Shown here in pieces: positions 1-9,651 of a stretch of 64,000 bases of DNA (position 1 is the first letter of the stretch; each line of letters begins with the position of its first letter). Both the position numbers and the translations under genes were made by a program. The notes below the pieces were generated by a model. The model was not told the DNA's origin and did not search any database. It saw only the letters and a list, made by a program, of their open reading frames with translations. This DNA is from Candidatus Latescibacterota bacterium (lineage in GTDB: Bacteria > Latescibacterota > UBA2968 > UBA8231), in contig OZ242214.1 of assembly GCA_965206595.1 (NCBI GenBank), positions 4,992,001-5,056,000 on the forward strand. The letters are read 5' to 3'.

Positions 1-475
1 CGACCCCCTCCACCGGATAGCGGGTGGCCAGCTCTTCGAGGACGCCGAACTGGTGATCGCGCGTTTCCTCGTGCACGTAGCCGCGCCCGCCGCCGGGCAG
101 CGTGAACGAGGGATCGAGCCCGGGGAAATCACCCATGCGCAGGCTGGCGAAGAAGTCCATCCCCTTCTCGTGGGCGCGGTCGACGAGTACTCCGAGCGGA
201 TCGAGTCCGCGATCGATAAGGCTCTGCATGTTCTCCCAAACCCGCCAGTACGCCGCCATCGTCATCTTTTCGACGTCTTCGCCGAAGCGCCTCCCCTTCT
301 CTGAGGGGTAGAACAGCCCGTCCCCCCGGCTGACGCCGTAGGCGAAGGTGTCGACCGCGGTGCCGGCCACCTCGTCGACAGGGGTCCAGGCGTCCTGCAT
401 GCGCATGGGGGGCTCGAAAACGAACAGGTAGTAGTGGCGCGCGTCGTTGAAATAGATGGTGCGGGCACGTCGCAT
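1..475 (-). CDS. Partial (3' end off-window) family-10-like glycoside hydrolase/TIM-barrel protein; paralog of 36637..38082
   Basis: Manually translated from ATG at 475 (RBS GAAAGGAG upstream): MRRARTIYFNDARHYYLFVFEPPMRMQDAWTPVDEVAGTAVDTFAYGVSRGDGLFYPS...RAHEKGMDFFASLRMG; open to the window edge; absent from the ORF track. Confidence 0.8.
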   Translation of the reverse strand, partial: MRRARTIYFNDARHYYLFVFEPPMRMQDAWTPVDEVAGTAVDTFAYGVSRGDGLFYPSEKGRRFGEDVEKMTMAAYWRVWENMQSLIDRGLDPLGVLVDRAHEKGMDFFASLRMGDFPGLDPSFTLPGGGRGYVHEETRDHQFGVLEELATRYPVEGV

Positions 476-518
476 CTGGTCTCCTTTCAGGTCGGTGAAC
501 GGGCTCCCCGGACGGCGC

Positions 519-1095
519 TCATTCCTCCACCGGAACGACGATCCCGCGCATGATAACGTTCTGACAGAACACGAAGATCGCGAATGTCGGCACCGCGGCA
601 ACGATCAGCGACGCGAAGATCACCCCTTCGCCGCTGCGTTGCTGCAGCTGGTACAGCCACGGCATCAACGTCCACATCTCCTCTTCCTGACAGATCAGCA
701 GGGCCATGATGAAATTGGAGTAGGCGCCGGTGAAAGCACCCAGGGCGATGACGGCGAGAATCGGCTGGCTGAGGCTCATGGTGATCTGCCAGAAAATGCG
801 GAACTCCCCGGCCCCGTCGATCTCGGCGCTCTCGTAGAGCTCGCGCGGCAGCGAGTCGAAGAACCCCTTGAGCAGGAAGATGGAATAGCCGTTCGCCAGG
901 CCGGGCAGGCACCGCGGCGACCTGGGCGCACGTGCGGGTGTCGGGATTGTTGGGATCGGGAAGCCCGTAGACCTCGACGTGAATGATGGTCTGCCCCCCG
1001 TTCCTTTCAATCCAGCCGGCTTCCGACGGAGGCGCTGCGAACAGGCAGACTTACAGGACCGGCAGCCAATGGGAAAAAGAACGCGGTGGCTTCAC
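519..1095 (-). pseudogene. Chimeric remnant of a carbohydrate ABC transporter: secreted (likely solute-binding) N-terminus joined out of frame to a permease C-terminus
   Basis: 519-~910 encodes the permease EAA region (LKGFFDSLPRELYESAEIDGAGEFRIFWQI). A different frame from GTG 1095 reads MKPPRSFSHWLPVL*VCLFAAPPSEAGWIERNGGQTIIHVEVYGLPDPNNPDTR, with TAA at 1051-1053. Confidence 0.65.
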
Positions 1096-1202
1096 GATCT
1101 TTCGGGCAAACCCTGGTTCGGGCTGCCGCCGCAGGGGCGGCTTGCCAGGCACGCAATGGCCTGGACAGACAGCATGAGATGACGGCGCCACGGCGAAGCG
1201 CA

Positions 1203-4200
1203 CTACTCCTCCAACTCCCGAAGCCGCCGCAGCGCGATGCCGGTTTGCCGCATGCCCGGGTCGAGGGCCGCCGCGGTCTCCAGCGCGCGAACGGCATCCG
1301 CCTTGCGCCCCAGTTCGGCATACGAGCGCCCGAGGTTCAGGTGGGCGCGCGCCAGATCGGGGCGCAGGCGCACCGCCCGCTCCAGCACCTCGACCGCGCG
1401 CTCCTGGTCTCCCGTCTGGTGGTAGGCGCGCCCGAGATCGTTCAGGGCCGTGAACAAGGTCGAATCGAGGGCGCAGGCGCGCTCGTATTCCGCGATTGCA
1501 AAGGCCAGCCGGCCCTGCTGGTGGTGAGCCCCTCCCAGTCCGTAGTGGGCCATGGCATATCCGAGTTCCAGTCGAAGGGCGCGTTCGAAGGCGGACTGCG
1601 CCTCGCCGCCCCGCTGTTGCATCAGGTAAGTGCGCCCGACGAGGAAGTGCAGCTCCGGGTCGTTGGGCAATGTCCGCAACCCCTCGCGGTAGCGGTCGAG
1701 GCGATCCTGGAGCGGCCGCCAGTGCTCGAACTGCCGCCTCGCCGCGCGCGCCTGCTCGGGACGCCCCAGCCGATCGTACAGCCGGGCGAGATGCGCGTAG
1801 GGATAGGACGCGAAAGGAGCTGCGGCAACCGCTGACTCGAATGCTTCCGCGGCCGCGGAGATGTCCTGCCGGCGCAGGTGAGCCACCCCGAGGCGGTTCC
1901 GGATTTTCCAGTCCCCGGGGGCGAGTTGCAGCGCCCGTTCGAGGTCGCCGATGGCGCCCTCCGCATCGTTGAGACTCAGCCTTATCGCTCCCAGGAGATG
2001 AAAGACCTCGGCCTCGGCGGCGCCCCGGGCGACGGCCTGCTCCAGCACCGCGAGGGCTTCCCGGCTCTGTCCCAGCCCGGAGTAAAGGGTCACTGCCAGC
2101 GAATAGTAGGGCTCGATGTTATGGGGACGCTGGCGCACCGCCTGCCGCAGAAGCGGCACTGCCTCGCGGTAGCGGGCAGCTTCGTGCAACTCGACGCCGC
2201 GCAGGAAGTTCTCCTCGGCGGTGGACTCTTCAGTCGATGGCCCCGGAGCCGCAGCTGGGTCGGTGCCCGCCCTCGCCGTCTCTTCTCCTCTCGCGGCATA
2301 GGCACCGGGCTCCCTTTTGCCGGCCCCGAACGCTTCTCGCGCTACCGGAGCCGGAACCGCCGGGACGATGCCTGCAAGCTTTTGTGACAGACCAGTTGCC
2401 GGAGCGGGAGTCTCCGCCGGGGCGGTGTCCGGGAACTCCTGCGGTACACCCGTGACCGCCTCCGCCCCTCCGTAGACCGCAACCGGCTCATCGCTGCCTT
2501 CGCGCACCTTGATGTACTGGCGAACGCCTGCAGCTTTCATGGTCTGGCTGCCGCCCGACGGCCAGCGGATATGCACCTTTTCCACCTGCGACGCCGACCC
2601 CAGCCCGAACAGCAGCCTGCCGTCGTTCTGCGACTGGTAGCCGTAGCCGCGCCGCACCTCCTGCACCTGGGTGCGGCCGCCTGCCGTCACGCTCACCCGG
2701 GCGCCGATTCCGTCGCGGTTGCCGGCGGTTCCCTCCAGCTCGATGCCGAGCCAGGCGTTGGCGTTGCCCCCCTCGTTGCGCAGCAGGGTCGGTCTGTCGT
2801 TAAGGTTCACCACCAGCAGGTCGACGTCGCCGTCGTTGTCGTAGTCGCCGAAGGCGCCTCCCCTGCTCACCCTGGTTTCCGCAAGCGCGGATCCGGACTC
2901 CGTCCCCGCCTCGCGGAATCGTCCTCCGCGGTTCCAGTAGAGCAGGTTGCGCTGGGGGTAGCGCAGGCCGGTGGGATGGATCTCCAGCTGGGGATACAGG
3001 TGGCCGTTGGCGACGAAAAGGTCCTGCCAGCCGTCGTTGTCGGCATCGAACAAGGCGGTGCTCCAACCCAGGAGCGGGCGTACCGATCCTGTCAACCCGG
3101 AGGCTGCGGTGGCGTCTTCGAAGGTTCCGTCTCCCAGGTTGCGGTAAAGCGTGTTCACGTCGTCGGAGAAATTGGTCACCAAAAGGTCGAGGTCCCCGTC
3201 GTTGTCCACATCGCCGAAGTCCACCCCCATCCCTGCCTGGGACCGGCCCTCTTCGCTGTACGCCACTCCCGCCAGGGCGGCTGTTTCGCGAAGGGCCCAA
3301 CCGCCGTCGTTGCGCCACAGCAGGTTGGGCTCCGAGTCGTTGGCGACGTACAGGTCCTGGTCCCCGTCGTCGTCATAGTCGGCAAAGACGACGCCGAGGG
3401 CCGGCAGCCAATGACGGTCGATGCCGGCGGCAGCGCTGAGGTCCTCGAAACGGCCGTCCCCAAGGTTTCGGTACAGAAGGTCCGGCTGCCCCGGTATCCC
3501 CATGGGCCCGCAGAACCCCTCCAGCCCCTTGTACCCGGTGCACGGCCTGCCTTCGTTGGGCGGGTTTTCCAGGTCGAACTCGAGGTAGTTGGCCACGTAC
3601 AGATCGAGCAAACCGTCCGCATCCAGATCGCCGAATGCGGCGCTGGTGCTCCATGACTCGTCCGCGACCCCGGCAGCCGCTGCCTGCTCCTCGAATCTCC
3701 CGTCGCCGCGGTTTCGATACAGTCGGTTCGCGCCCCAATAGGTGACGTACAGATCGACGTCCCCGTCGTTGTCGTAATCGGCGACGGCGCATCCCATGCC
3801 CCAACCGCGTCCGCCTGCTCCGGCCTCAGCGGTGACATCGGCGAAACGACGGTCGTCCGGCCCCGCCGCTTCGTTTCGGTACAGCCGGCTTCTGCTCTCC
3901 GGCGACACCTCCCCTCGCCGGACCCCGTTGACGAGGTACAGATCGAGGTAACCGTCCGCGTCGTAGTCCAGGAAAGCGGCCCCGCCCCCCATGGTCTCGA
4001 TGATGAAGTGCTGGTCCCCGTCGCCCGACACGTGAAGGAAATCGATCCCGGAGCCGCCGGTTTCGTCGACGAAGCGTACGCCGCTGCCGGGAGCGACTGC
4101 CGGGGCGGACTCGACGACATGGCCTGCTGATTCCTCGCCGTCATCCGTTGCGCGAGGGGTGCAGCCGGCCGCGAAAGCAAGGCCTACCGCCAACAATACC

Positions 4201-4244
4201 CTGCCTCCAGGGCCCCTCGACATCATGGGCAGGCTTCTTGACAA
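1203..4244 (-). CDS. CRTAC1/ASPIC-UnbV family FG-GAP-repeat lipoprotein with C-terminal TPR array
   Basis: Lipobox LAFAAGC, many DYDxDGxxDL repeats, ASPIC-UnbV signature (NRDGIGARV...GYQSQND..LLFGLG..IRWPSG), TPR helices at the C-terminus; true start may be ATG 4226. Confidence 0.9.
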   Translation of the reverse strand: MSRSLPMMSRGPGGRVLLAVGLAFAAGCTPRATDDGEESAGHVVESAPAVAPGSGVRFVDETGGSGIDFLHVSGDGDQHFIIETMGGGAAFLDYDADGYLDLYLVNGVRRGEVSPESRSRLYRNEAAGPDDRRFADVTAEAGAGGRGWGMGCAVADYDNDGDVDLYVTYWGANRLYRNRGDGRFEEQAAAAGVADESWSTSAAFGDLDADGLLDLYVANYLEFDLENPPNEGRPCTGYKGLEGFCGPMGIPGQPDLLYRNLGDGRFEDLSAAAGIDRHWLPALGVVFADYDDDGDQDLYVANDSEPNLLWRNDGGWALRETAALAGVAYSEEGRSQAGMGVDFGDVDNDGDLDLLVTNFSDDVNTLYRNLGDGTFEDATAASGLTGSVRPLLGWSTALFDADNDGWQDLFVANGHLYPQLEIHPTGLRYPQRNLLYWNRGGRFREAGTESGSALAETRVSRGGAFGDYDNDGDVDLLVVNLNDRPTLLRNEGGNANAWLGIELEGTAGNRDGIGARVSVTAGGRTQVQEVRRGYGYQSQNDGRLLFGLGSASQVEKVHIRWPSGGSQTMKAAGVRQYIKVREGSDEPVAVYGGAEAVTGVPQEFPDTAPAETPAPATGLSQKLAGIVPAVPAPVAREAFGAGKREPGAYAARGEETARAGTDPAAAPGPSTEESTAEENFLRGVELHEAARYREAVPLLRQAVRQRPHNIEPYYSLAVTLYSGLGQSREALAVLEQAVARGAAEAEVFHLLGAIRLSLNDAEGAIGDLERALQLAPGDWKIRNRLGVAHLRRQDISAAAEAFESAVAAAPFASYPYAHLARLYDRLGRPEQARAARRQFEHWRPLQDRLDRYREGLRTLPNDPELHFLVGRTYLMQQRGGEAQSAFERALRLELGYAMAHYGLGGAHHQQGRLAFAIAEYERACALDSTLFTALNDLGRAYHQTGDQERAVEVLERAVRLRPDLARAHLNLGRSYAELGRKADAVRALETAAALDPGMRQTGIALRRLRELEE

Positions 4245-4267
4245 TCGCTGCGGGACTGGCGTAACAT
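4238..4267 (+). promoter_or_regulatory. Putative sigma-70 promoter for 4305..6428
   Basis: TTGACA (4238-4243)-N18-TAACAT (4262-4267), ~40 nt upstream of the ATG. Confidence 0.5.
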
Positions 4268-4304
4268 CGCGGGCGAATTCACACCTCTATCGCGGAGTTG
4301 TACG

Positions 4305-6428
4305 ATGGTACGGGCACGCGGCTTGTGCCGGCTGACGGCACCGTTGTTCGGTCTACTCGTGGCCACTTCTCACTTGGCCGCGGAGGTGCGAACGATTGCG
4401 ATCGGCGAGGAGGGAGATCTGACTTGGCAAGGGCAGGGAACGGCGCCTGTGGAGGCCATCCTTCCCGCCCTCACACGGTCCCGCGACGATCCCAACGACC
4501 TGGTGCAGGGCAACACCCCGGGCAACCTGCTCGAGCTCGACAGCGACCGGGTCCCGGGCAGCATGCATCTGGTGGAAGTGGTCCCCGGCGAGAACGTCGC
4601 CTCCACGGCACTCTCCCGGGGCGGCTATATCAACGCCCCCAACGTCTTCGGCGAGAGCGAGGGCTTCGGCTTCGCCGGCGGGTTGGACCGCAACAAGCTG
4701 CAGAACTTCATCCTGCCGGAGCTGCTCGACCAGACCGAAGGGGGGGGCGAGCTCGAGGCTTTCGAGCGCAAGAACGTCCCGAACGGGGTCTTCGGGATAA
4801 TCATCGTCCTCGACCTCGGCAGCCGCATCGGCCTGAACAAGATACGGTTCTATCCCCGCAACACGGTACAGCCCTCGCCTACGACCCCGTTCGAGGACGA
4901 CTACCTGCGGGCATTCGACCTGCTGGTCAACGACGGGCTGCTACTGACCGACGAGGGAAACCCGGTGTGGAGGGAGCTGGTTTCCGAGTCCGACAATCCC
5001 GACCCGGTGGTTGAAATCGACATCGTCCCCCCCCAGATCCTGCAGCACATCCGTCTGCAGTCGAAAACTCCCATAAACTGGGAAATCGATGAACTCGAGA
5101 TCTACGGCGAGGGGTTCTTCGCCACCGGTCGATACCTGTCCGACATTTTCGACGCCGGCGAACCGGTCGCCTGGACCAATCTGCGTTGGACAGAGGAGAT
5201 CGTCGGCCAACCCGAGCACTCCTCCCTGGAAATACGCACCCGCACCGGCATCGACGACTCCCCGTTCGTCTTTACCCGCAAGCTCAACGCCATATCGGAT
5301 GCCGAAGAAATCCCGTTCGCCATCAACAGCACGACCGAGGAGATGGATCTCGAGGGGTACGAAAACCTGCCCCCGACGGACGACCAGGGACGGCAATGGG
5401 AGCGCGGAAACATCCTCGACGACCTCGTCAACTGGAGCCCGATCAGTTCACCCTACCCGGCAACAGCCGCGAATGGTCCGGGAACTCCCGTCATTTCCCC
5501 CAGTCCGCGGCGCTACTTCCAGTTCGAAGTCGCCTTTCACAGCAGCGATCTCGAGTCCGCACGCCTGTTGGAAACCCTGAACATCGACTTCGCCACACCG
5601 CCCCTGGCCGATTCCGTCAAGGCCGAGATCTTCCCCAGGGAAGCTGAAGTTTCGCGGATCGTCGATTTCACCTATTCCGTCCTCGCCGTCATCCGATCCG
5701 CCGGCTTGACGGGGTTCGATACCATGGAAATAACCACACCTTCCCGGGTGAGGAGCATCGACTCCATCGAATTGCGGGACGCTGACGACGTACGCATCGG
5801 CGGGCGCCAATTCACTAGTCTGGAAGACACTTCCGACGTCGACGGTTACAAGATCCTGGGGGTTTCCGAAGACCGTTTTTCCCTGCGATTCCCGCAGATT
5901 CGCGAGAACCATACCCGGGTGGTGATTCGGTTCAAATCGCAGGTTTTGACCTACAGCACCAATTTCGGAGGTGCCGTTCGACTCTCCACTGCGACAAATG
6001 CCTTTCAGGCCCTCACCCCTGGAAATGCCGCGCTTCTGGGGGAAGGGGACGATGCGGACGAATCCGGCACAACCGTGTTGAGTCCAGGAGTCCTTTTGAG
6101 GACGCGCCTGCTCGACGGAATCGTGATGCAGCCGAACCCGTTTTCTCCCAACGGGGACGGCGTAAACGATCGCCTGAGCCTCTTCTACAGCCTGCTGGCC
6201 ATAACCGCCCCGACACCGGTGTCGATAAAGGTCCACGATCTCAGCGGACGTACCGTCGCCGTCATCCACGATGCCGAGCAGGTCAGCGGAAACTACAGCG
6301 ACATATCCTGGGATGGACGCGGGCTGTCCGGAGCCTTGGTGCCGCCGGGCCTGTACCTTGTGCGGATCGAAGTAGTGGGGGATGCGGAAGGGGCTCAGTT
6401 CTCCCGGGTGGTATCGCTGACTTACTGA
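4305..6428 (+). CDS. Large secreted protein with discoidin-like region and C-terminal FlgD-Ig/CHU_C-like domain (paralog 1)
   Basis: Signal peptide; DLGSRIGLNKIRFYPR; EIRTRTG; C-terminal PNPFSPNGDGVND...WDGRGLSGALVPPGLYL...SLTY. Confidence 0.8.
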   Translation: MVRARGLCRLTAPLFGLLVATSHLAAEVRTIAIGEEGDLTWQGQGTAPVEAILPALTRSRDDPNDLVQGNTPGNLLELDSDRVPGSMHLVEVVPGENVASTALSRGGYINAPNVFGESEGFGFAGGLDRNKLQNFILPELLDQTEGGGELEAFERKNVPNGVFGIIIVLDLGSRIGLNKIRFYPRNTVQPSPTTPFEDDYLRAFDLLVNDGLLLTDEGNPVWRELVSESDNPDPVVEIDIVPPQILQHIRLQSKTPINWEIDELEIYGEGFFATGRYLSDIFDAGEPVAWTNLRWTEEIVGQPEHSSLEIRTRTGIDDSPFVFTRKLNAISDAEEIPFAINSTTEEMDLEGYENLPPTDDQGRQWERGNILDDLVNWSPISSPYPATAANGPGTPVISPSPRRYFQFEVAFHSSDLESARLLETLNIDFATPPLADSVKAEIFPREAEVSRIVDFTYSVLAVIRSAGLTGFDTMEITTPSRVRSIDSIELRDADDVRIGGRQFTSLEDTSDVDGYKILGVSEDRFSLRFPQIRENHTRVVIRFKSQVLTYSTNFGGAVRLSTATNAFQALTPGNAALLGEGDDADESGTTVLSPGVLLRTRLLDGIVMQPNPFSPNGDGVNDRLSLFYSLLAITAPTPVSIKVHDLSGRTVAVIHDAEQVSGNYSDISWDGRGLSGALVPPGLYLVRIEVVGDAEGAQFSRVVSLTY

Positions 6429-6487
6429 TTCAACTCGGCCGCCGAAATGCCGGGCGGTGGCTTCCGACCTGCCCACCACACCATACC

Positions 6488-6522
6488 AAAAAAGCCCCCG
6501 GTGTCCACGACACCGGGGGCTT
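6488..6522 (-). terminator. Intrinsic terminator between convergent genes
   Basis: GCCCCCGGTGTC-CAC-GACACCGGGGGC perfect stem next to an A6 tract (U-tract on the minus strand). Confidence 0.75.
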
Positions 6523-6574
6523 GGAACCTTTTGCCTGAAAGCGCGTTGCCGCTCCAGGCAGGGGGTTTGCGGTT

Positions 6575-7456
6575 TTACTTGGAAAGCCCTGACTTGATCA
6601 GGCCCCAGCTGGATCTTTCGACTGCGGTTGGCATCTGGTCGACACTGGCATCGATCTCATCCATGACCAGGTCGACTTCCGGATTGTTCGAAGGGCCGGG
6701 GGAAATCGCCCAGAAACCGTTGTAGGTCGCCGGGTGAGGAGCATCGAGGTCGGCATGAGTGATGTTGACGTGGATTTCCTCACCCTCCTCGATATCCATC
6801 CACACGGTTTCTTCCGCGGTCTCGCCGAGAGCGACCACGGGATGGAGTTTCATCTCGAGGAAATAGGTGGTTTCCCCATCCAGCATCTCGCCGTCCCAGC
6901 TCCAGCCGAACTCCAGGTGGCCGTTGCCGTTCAGTATGAACTCCGGGCCCGGAAGAATGACCTCGTACACATCCTGAACCGCCGGAACCGCATGGACGTA
7001 GGTAATGAAGTTTTGCGGCTCCCCTTCAGGGTTGTGCTGGTCTTCGGGAAGGGCGGTGGGATTGATGCGGACCTCCCAGTCATCGTCCGTCCACAGCGAA
7101 TTGGGCGATTCGCGGTCGGCGTTGTGGTAGTTGTCGTACTGCGACGTCGAGACGTAGAGGAACTCGTCGTTGGGGTTGAAGCCGAAGGTGTGCGTGTTGA
7201 AGATATCGCTCGGGTCGAATTCGCCGCGGCCGACGTCGCGAATGCCCTTGTTCGGCGAAAACAGCTTGTCCTGGGTGATCCGGTAGAAATCGGGGACGAA
7301 AGCCCAGTCGGACAGATCGCCGTCGATTACCGGCACCGCTCCGTCTTCGAACTGAAAGGCGAAGTACTTCTCCCCTTCCGGTTTGTGCGCTCCTGCCATG
7401 CCGGCCAAGCCAACGACAACCAGACCCGCAATAGCTGCGATAGTGAATCTATGCAC
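6575..7456 (-). CDS. Secreted CBM9/DOMON-like sugar-binding-domain protein with C-terminal 'TAVExxSWGxIK' motif
   Basis: GTG 7456 with GGAGG RBS; signal peptide; VPVIDGDLSDW and W.DD.WE motifs; ends PTAVERSSWGLIKSGLSK. Confidence 0.75.
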   Translation of the reverse strand: MHRFTIAAIAGLVVVGLAGMAGAHKPEGEKYFAFQFEDGAVPVIDGDLSDWAFVPDFYRITQDKLFSPNKGIRDVGRGEFDPSDIFNTHTFGFNPNDEFLYVSTSQYDNYHNADRESPNSLWTDDDWEVRINPTALPEDQHNPEGEPQNFITYVHAVPAVQDVYEVILPGPEFILNGNGHLEFGWSWDGEMLDGETTYFLEMKLHPVVALGETAEETVWMDIEEGEEIHVNITHADLDAPHPATYNGFWAISPGPSNNPEVDLVMDEIDASVDQMPTAVERSSWGLIKSGLSK

Positions 7457-7635
7457 TTTGCAATCCTCCCTTATGTAGGTGAGAGCACCAGCGAAAGAAC
7501 TGTCGCGGTTGGAATAATCGCGACTGAACGAATTAATGAGAGAAAACAGCACTTGGAAGTCAAGGATAATATCTCCGCAGTCCGGCTGCCATATGATACA
7601 TCCCAACTCGGTGGGATTCAGATACTTCTGCGACT

Positions 7636-9624
7636 TCACCGTGGTGGTTGCCTTCCCAGTACCTCCTCGGCGAGCTCACGCGCTTTCTCCTCGACCATGG
7701 CCTGGACCTCCATCTCTCTTTGCAGCCGTACGTAGATGTCGAACAGGCGGGAGGCCGCGCCGGGATTCCCGGCCCGCTCATGCAGGTTGGAGAGAAGCCG
7801 GTGCAGTTCGCGATCCTTCGGGATCAACTCCCGCAAGCGCTCGAACTGGCCGATCGCCTCATCGTAGCGTCTCTGTTTCGACAGCAGCATCGCCAAGGTA
7901 CGGTGAGCGGGCACCAGGTCCGGTTGCAGGGAAACGGCTGTGCGCAGATGCTCCTCTGCCTCACGGGTCGTTTCATTCCGCTCTAGGTAGATCGAGCCTT
8001 CGCGGGCCTCTTCCCGGAACAACAGCAGTTCCCCCAGTCGAGCGTGGAATTCAGCCCGGCCGGGGCGCCTTTCCAGGAGCAGCCGATACTGCTCGATCGC
8101 GGGATCGAGCCGCTGACCTGCTTCGTACATGTGGGCCAACCGGTACCTGAGAGCAATCGACTCCGGCCTGGCCTGAACGGCGGCGAGGTAGGCGTCGGCG
8201 GCCGCATCGATATCCCCCGCCATGAAGCAGGCGTGGCCAAGGCCGCCCAGCAGGGCAATCGATGAGTCACCCGCCGCCCGCGCTCTCTGGAAAACGTCGG
8301 CCGCCTCGTCGAACCGGTCCGCCGCGGCAAGGGTTTTCCCCATCTCGTAGAGCACTTCGGACGCGTGAGGATTCGCCTGCAGACAGGCGTCGTACAGCAG
8401 CAGGGCGCGATCGACCTCCCCGTCGCCCCTGGCCAGCCGGGCACTGGCCAGCAGGGCGCTCCGATGGTTCGGTTCCCGGGCAAGCGCCTGGTCGAAAGCC
8501 TCCCTGGCATGGGAGTACATCTTCTTTTCCGCATAGGCCACTCCGATCCAGTAGTCGTGCTGCCGCAGGCCGCTCAAATAAGGCGGAGCCGTGAAACCGG
8601 CGTTGGCCGCCAGAAGAAGGACCAGGAACAGGAGGGCCCGCGGACGCCGGCTGGCCGTATCGAACGCCCGCAGCAATGCGTTGGCGGCAAAGGGCAGCAG
8701 CAGCAGGGCGAGGGGCAGGCGATGCCGCGCATCGGGAACGGCCGCGGCCAGGACCAGCACGAGCAGTCCCATAAGAATGACGATGCCGGACACCCCGGAG
8801 AGACCGCGCTGCGAGCGCGCGCAACAGAGAAAACCGACGGCGCCGAGCGGCATGATCACCCCCATCGGGAAGGCGAGTCCCCGATGCCAGAGAAGCACCG
8901 GCAGGACGCCGGTCCGATCCCGGTACGGATCCAGGTCCGGGAGCAACTCGACGCCCTGCAACAGGTAGAAGATGTTGGCCAGGTACTGCAGCGGAGAACC
9001 GGGAACCTGGGGGCTCTGCCAAGCAACCGCTTCTGTAAGCCCAACGAGGGCAAGCGTCGCCGCAACAGCCGCGCGCCCGGCCCCTGAACCGGGCTTGGCC
9101 AGGATGTATGCAAGCAGCAGCAGCAGAAAGGCGACCCAGGCAGCGGGCGTCAGCTCGGTCCCGAAGTGGACGAGCGGCCCGTAGAGGGCGGCGCCGAGGC
9201 CGGCGGCCAGAGCGATAGGCGGCGTGAACAGGGCGTATCCGATCCCGTAGACAAGCAGGCATGCCGCGGTGCCGGCAGCGCAATTGGCAAGCTGGACCGG
9301 AGTATGGCCGCCACCGGTGGCGGCGAGGGAAAAAGCGTAAAAGCGGGCGTAGGGAGAAACTTCGATCAACCTTCCCGCCGGCCCCGAGGCGGCGGGAAGG
9401 TCGGCGTCAACCGGGGCTGTTCCCGCGGCGGCCGCGTATGAACGCGCCGCTCCGACCGGGTAATCGAACAGCGGATTCGAATTCGCCTGGTGCAGGTGCG
9501 CGACACGCACCGCCGCTGCCAGCGCCAGAACCAGGAGCAGGCCGTGGAGTGGCGAACCGGGGATTCGGGACAGCAAACCCCGGGTGGTCCGCGGCCCCGA
9601 CGAAACGGCTTCCTGCGAGCCCAC
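7636..9624 (-). CDS. Multi-pass membrane protein (GT-C/ArnT-like N-terminus) with C-terminal TPR repeats
   Basis: Many hydrophobic helices, ARHRLP motif, then several TPR units. Confidence 0.7.
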   Translation of the reverse strand: MGSQEAVSSGPRTTRGLLSRIPGSPLHGLLLVLALAAAVRVAHLHQANSNPLFDYPVGAARSYAAAAGTAPVDADLPAASGPAGRLIEVSPYARFYAFSLAATGGGHTPVQLANCAAGTAACLLVYGIGYALFTPPIALAAGLGAALYGPLVHFGTELTPAAWVAFLLLLLAYILAKPGSGAGRAAVAATLALVGLTEAVAWQSPQVPGSPLQYLANIFYLLQGVELLPDLDPYRDRTGVLPVLLWHRGLAFPMGVIMPLGAVGFLCCARSQRGLSGVSGIVILMGLLVLVLAAAVPDARHRLPLALLLLPFAANALLRAFDTASRRPRALLFLVLLLAANAGFTAPPYLSGLRQHDYWIGVAYAEKKMYSHAREAFDQALAREPNHRSALLASARLARGDGEVDRALLLYDACLQANPHASEVLYEMGKTLAAADRFDEAADVFQRARAAGDSSIALLGGLGHACFMAGDIDAAADAYLAAVQARPESIALRYRLAHMYEAGQRLDPAIEQYRLLLERRPGRAEFHARLGELLLFREEAREGSIYLERNETTREAEEHLRTAVSLQPDLVPAHRTLAMLLSKQRRYDEAIGQFERLRELIPKDRELHRLLSNLHERAGNPGAASRLFDIYVRLQREMEVQAMVEEKARELAEEVLGRQPPR

Positions 9625-9651
9625 GGTAAACTTCAGGCAGGCAGCGACCCC

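Noticed and set aside
7457-7639. N-terminal extensions in the ORF track (also 12346-12777, 32961-33281, 36082-36222)
   Set aside because: Downstream starts have better RBSs and place signal peptides or domain starts at the N-terminus
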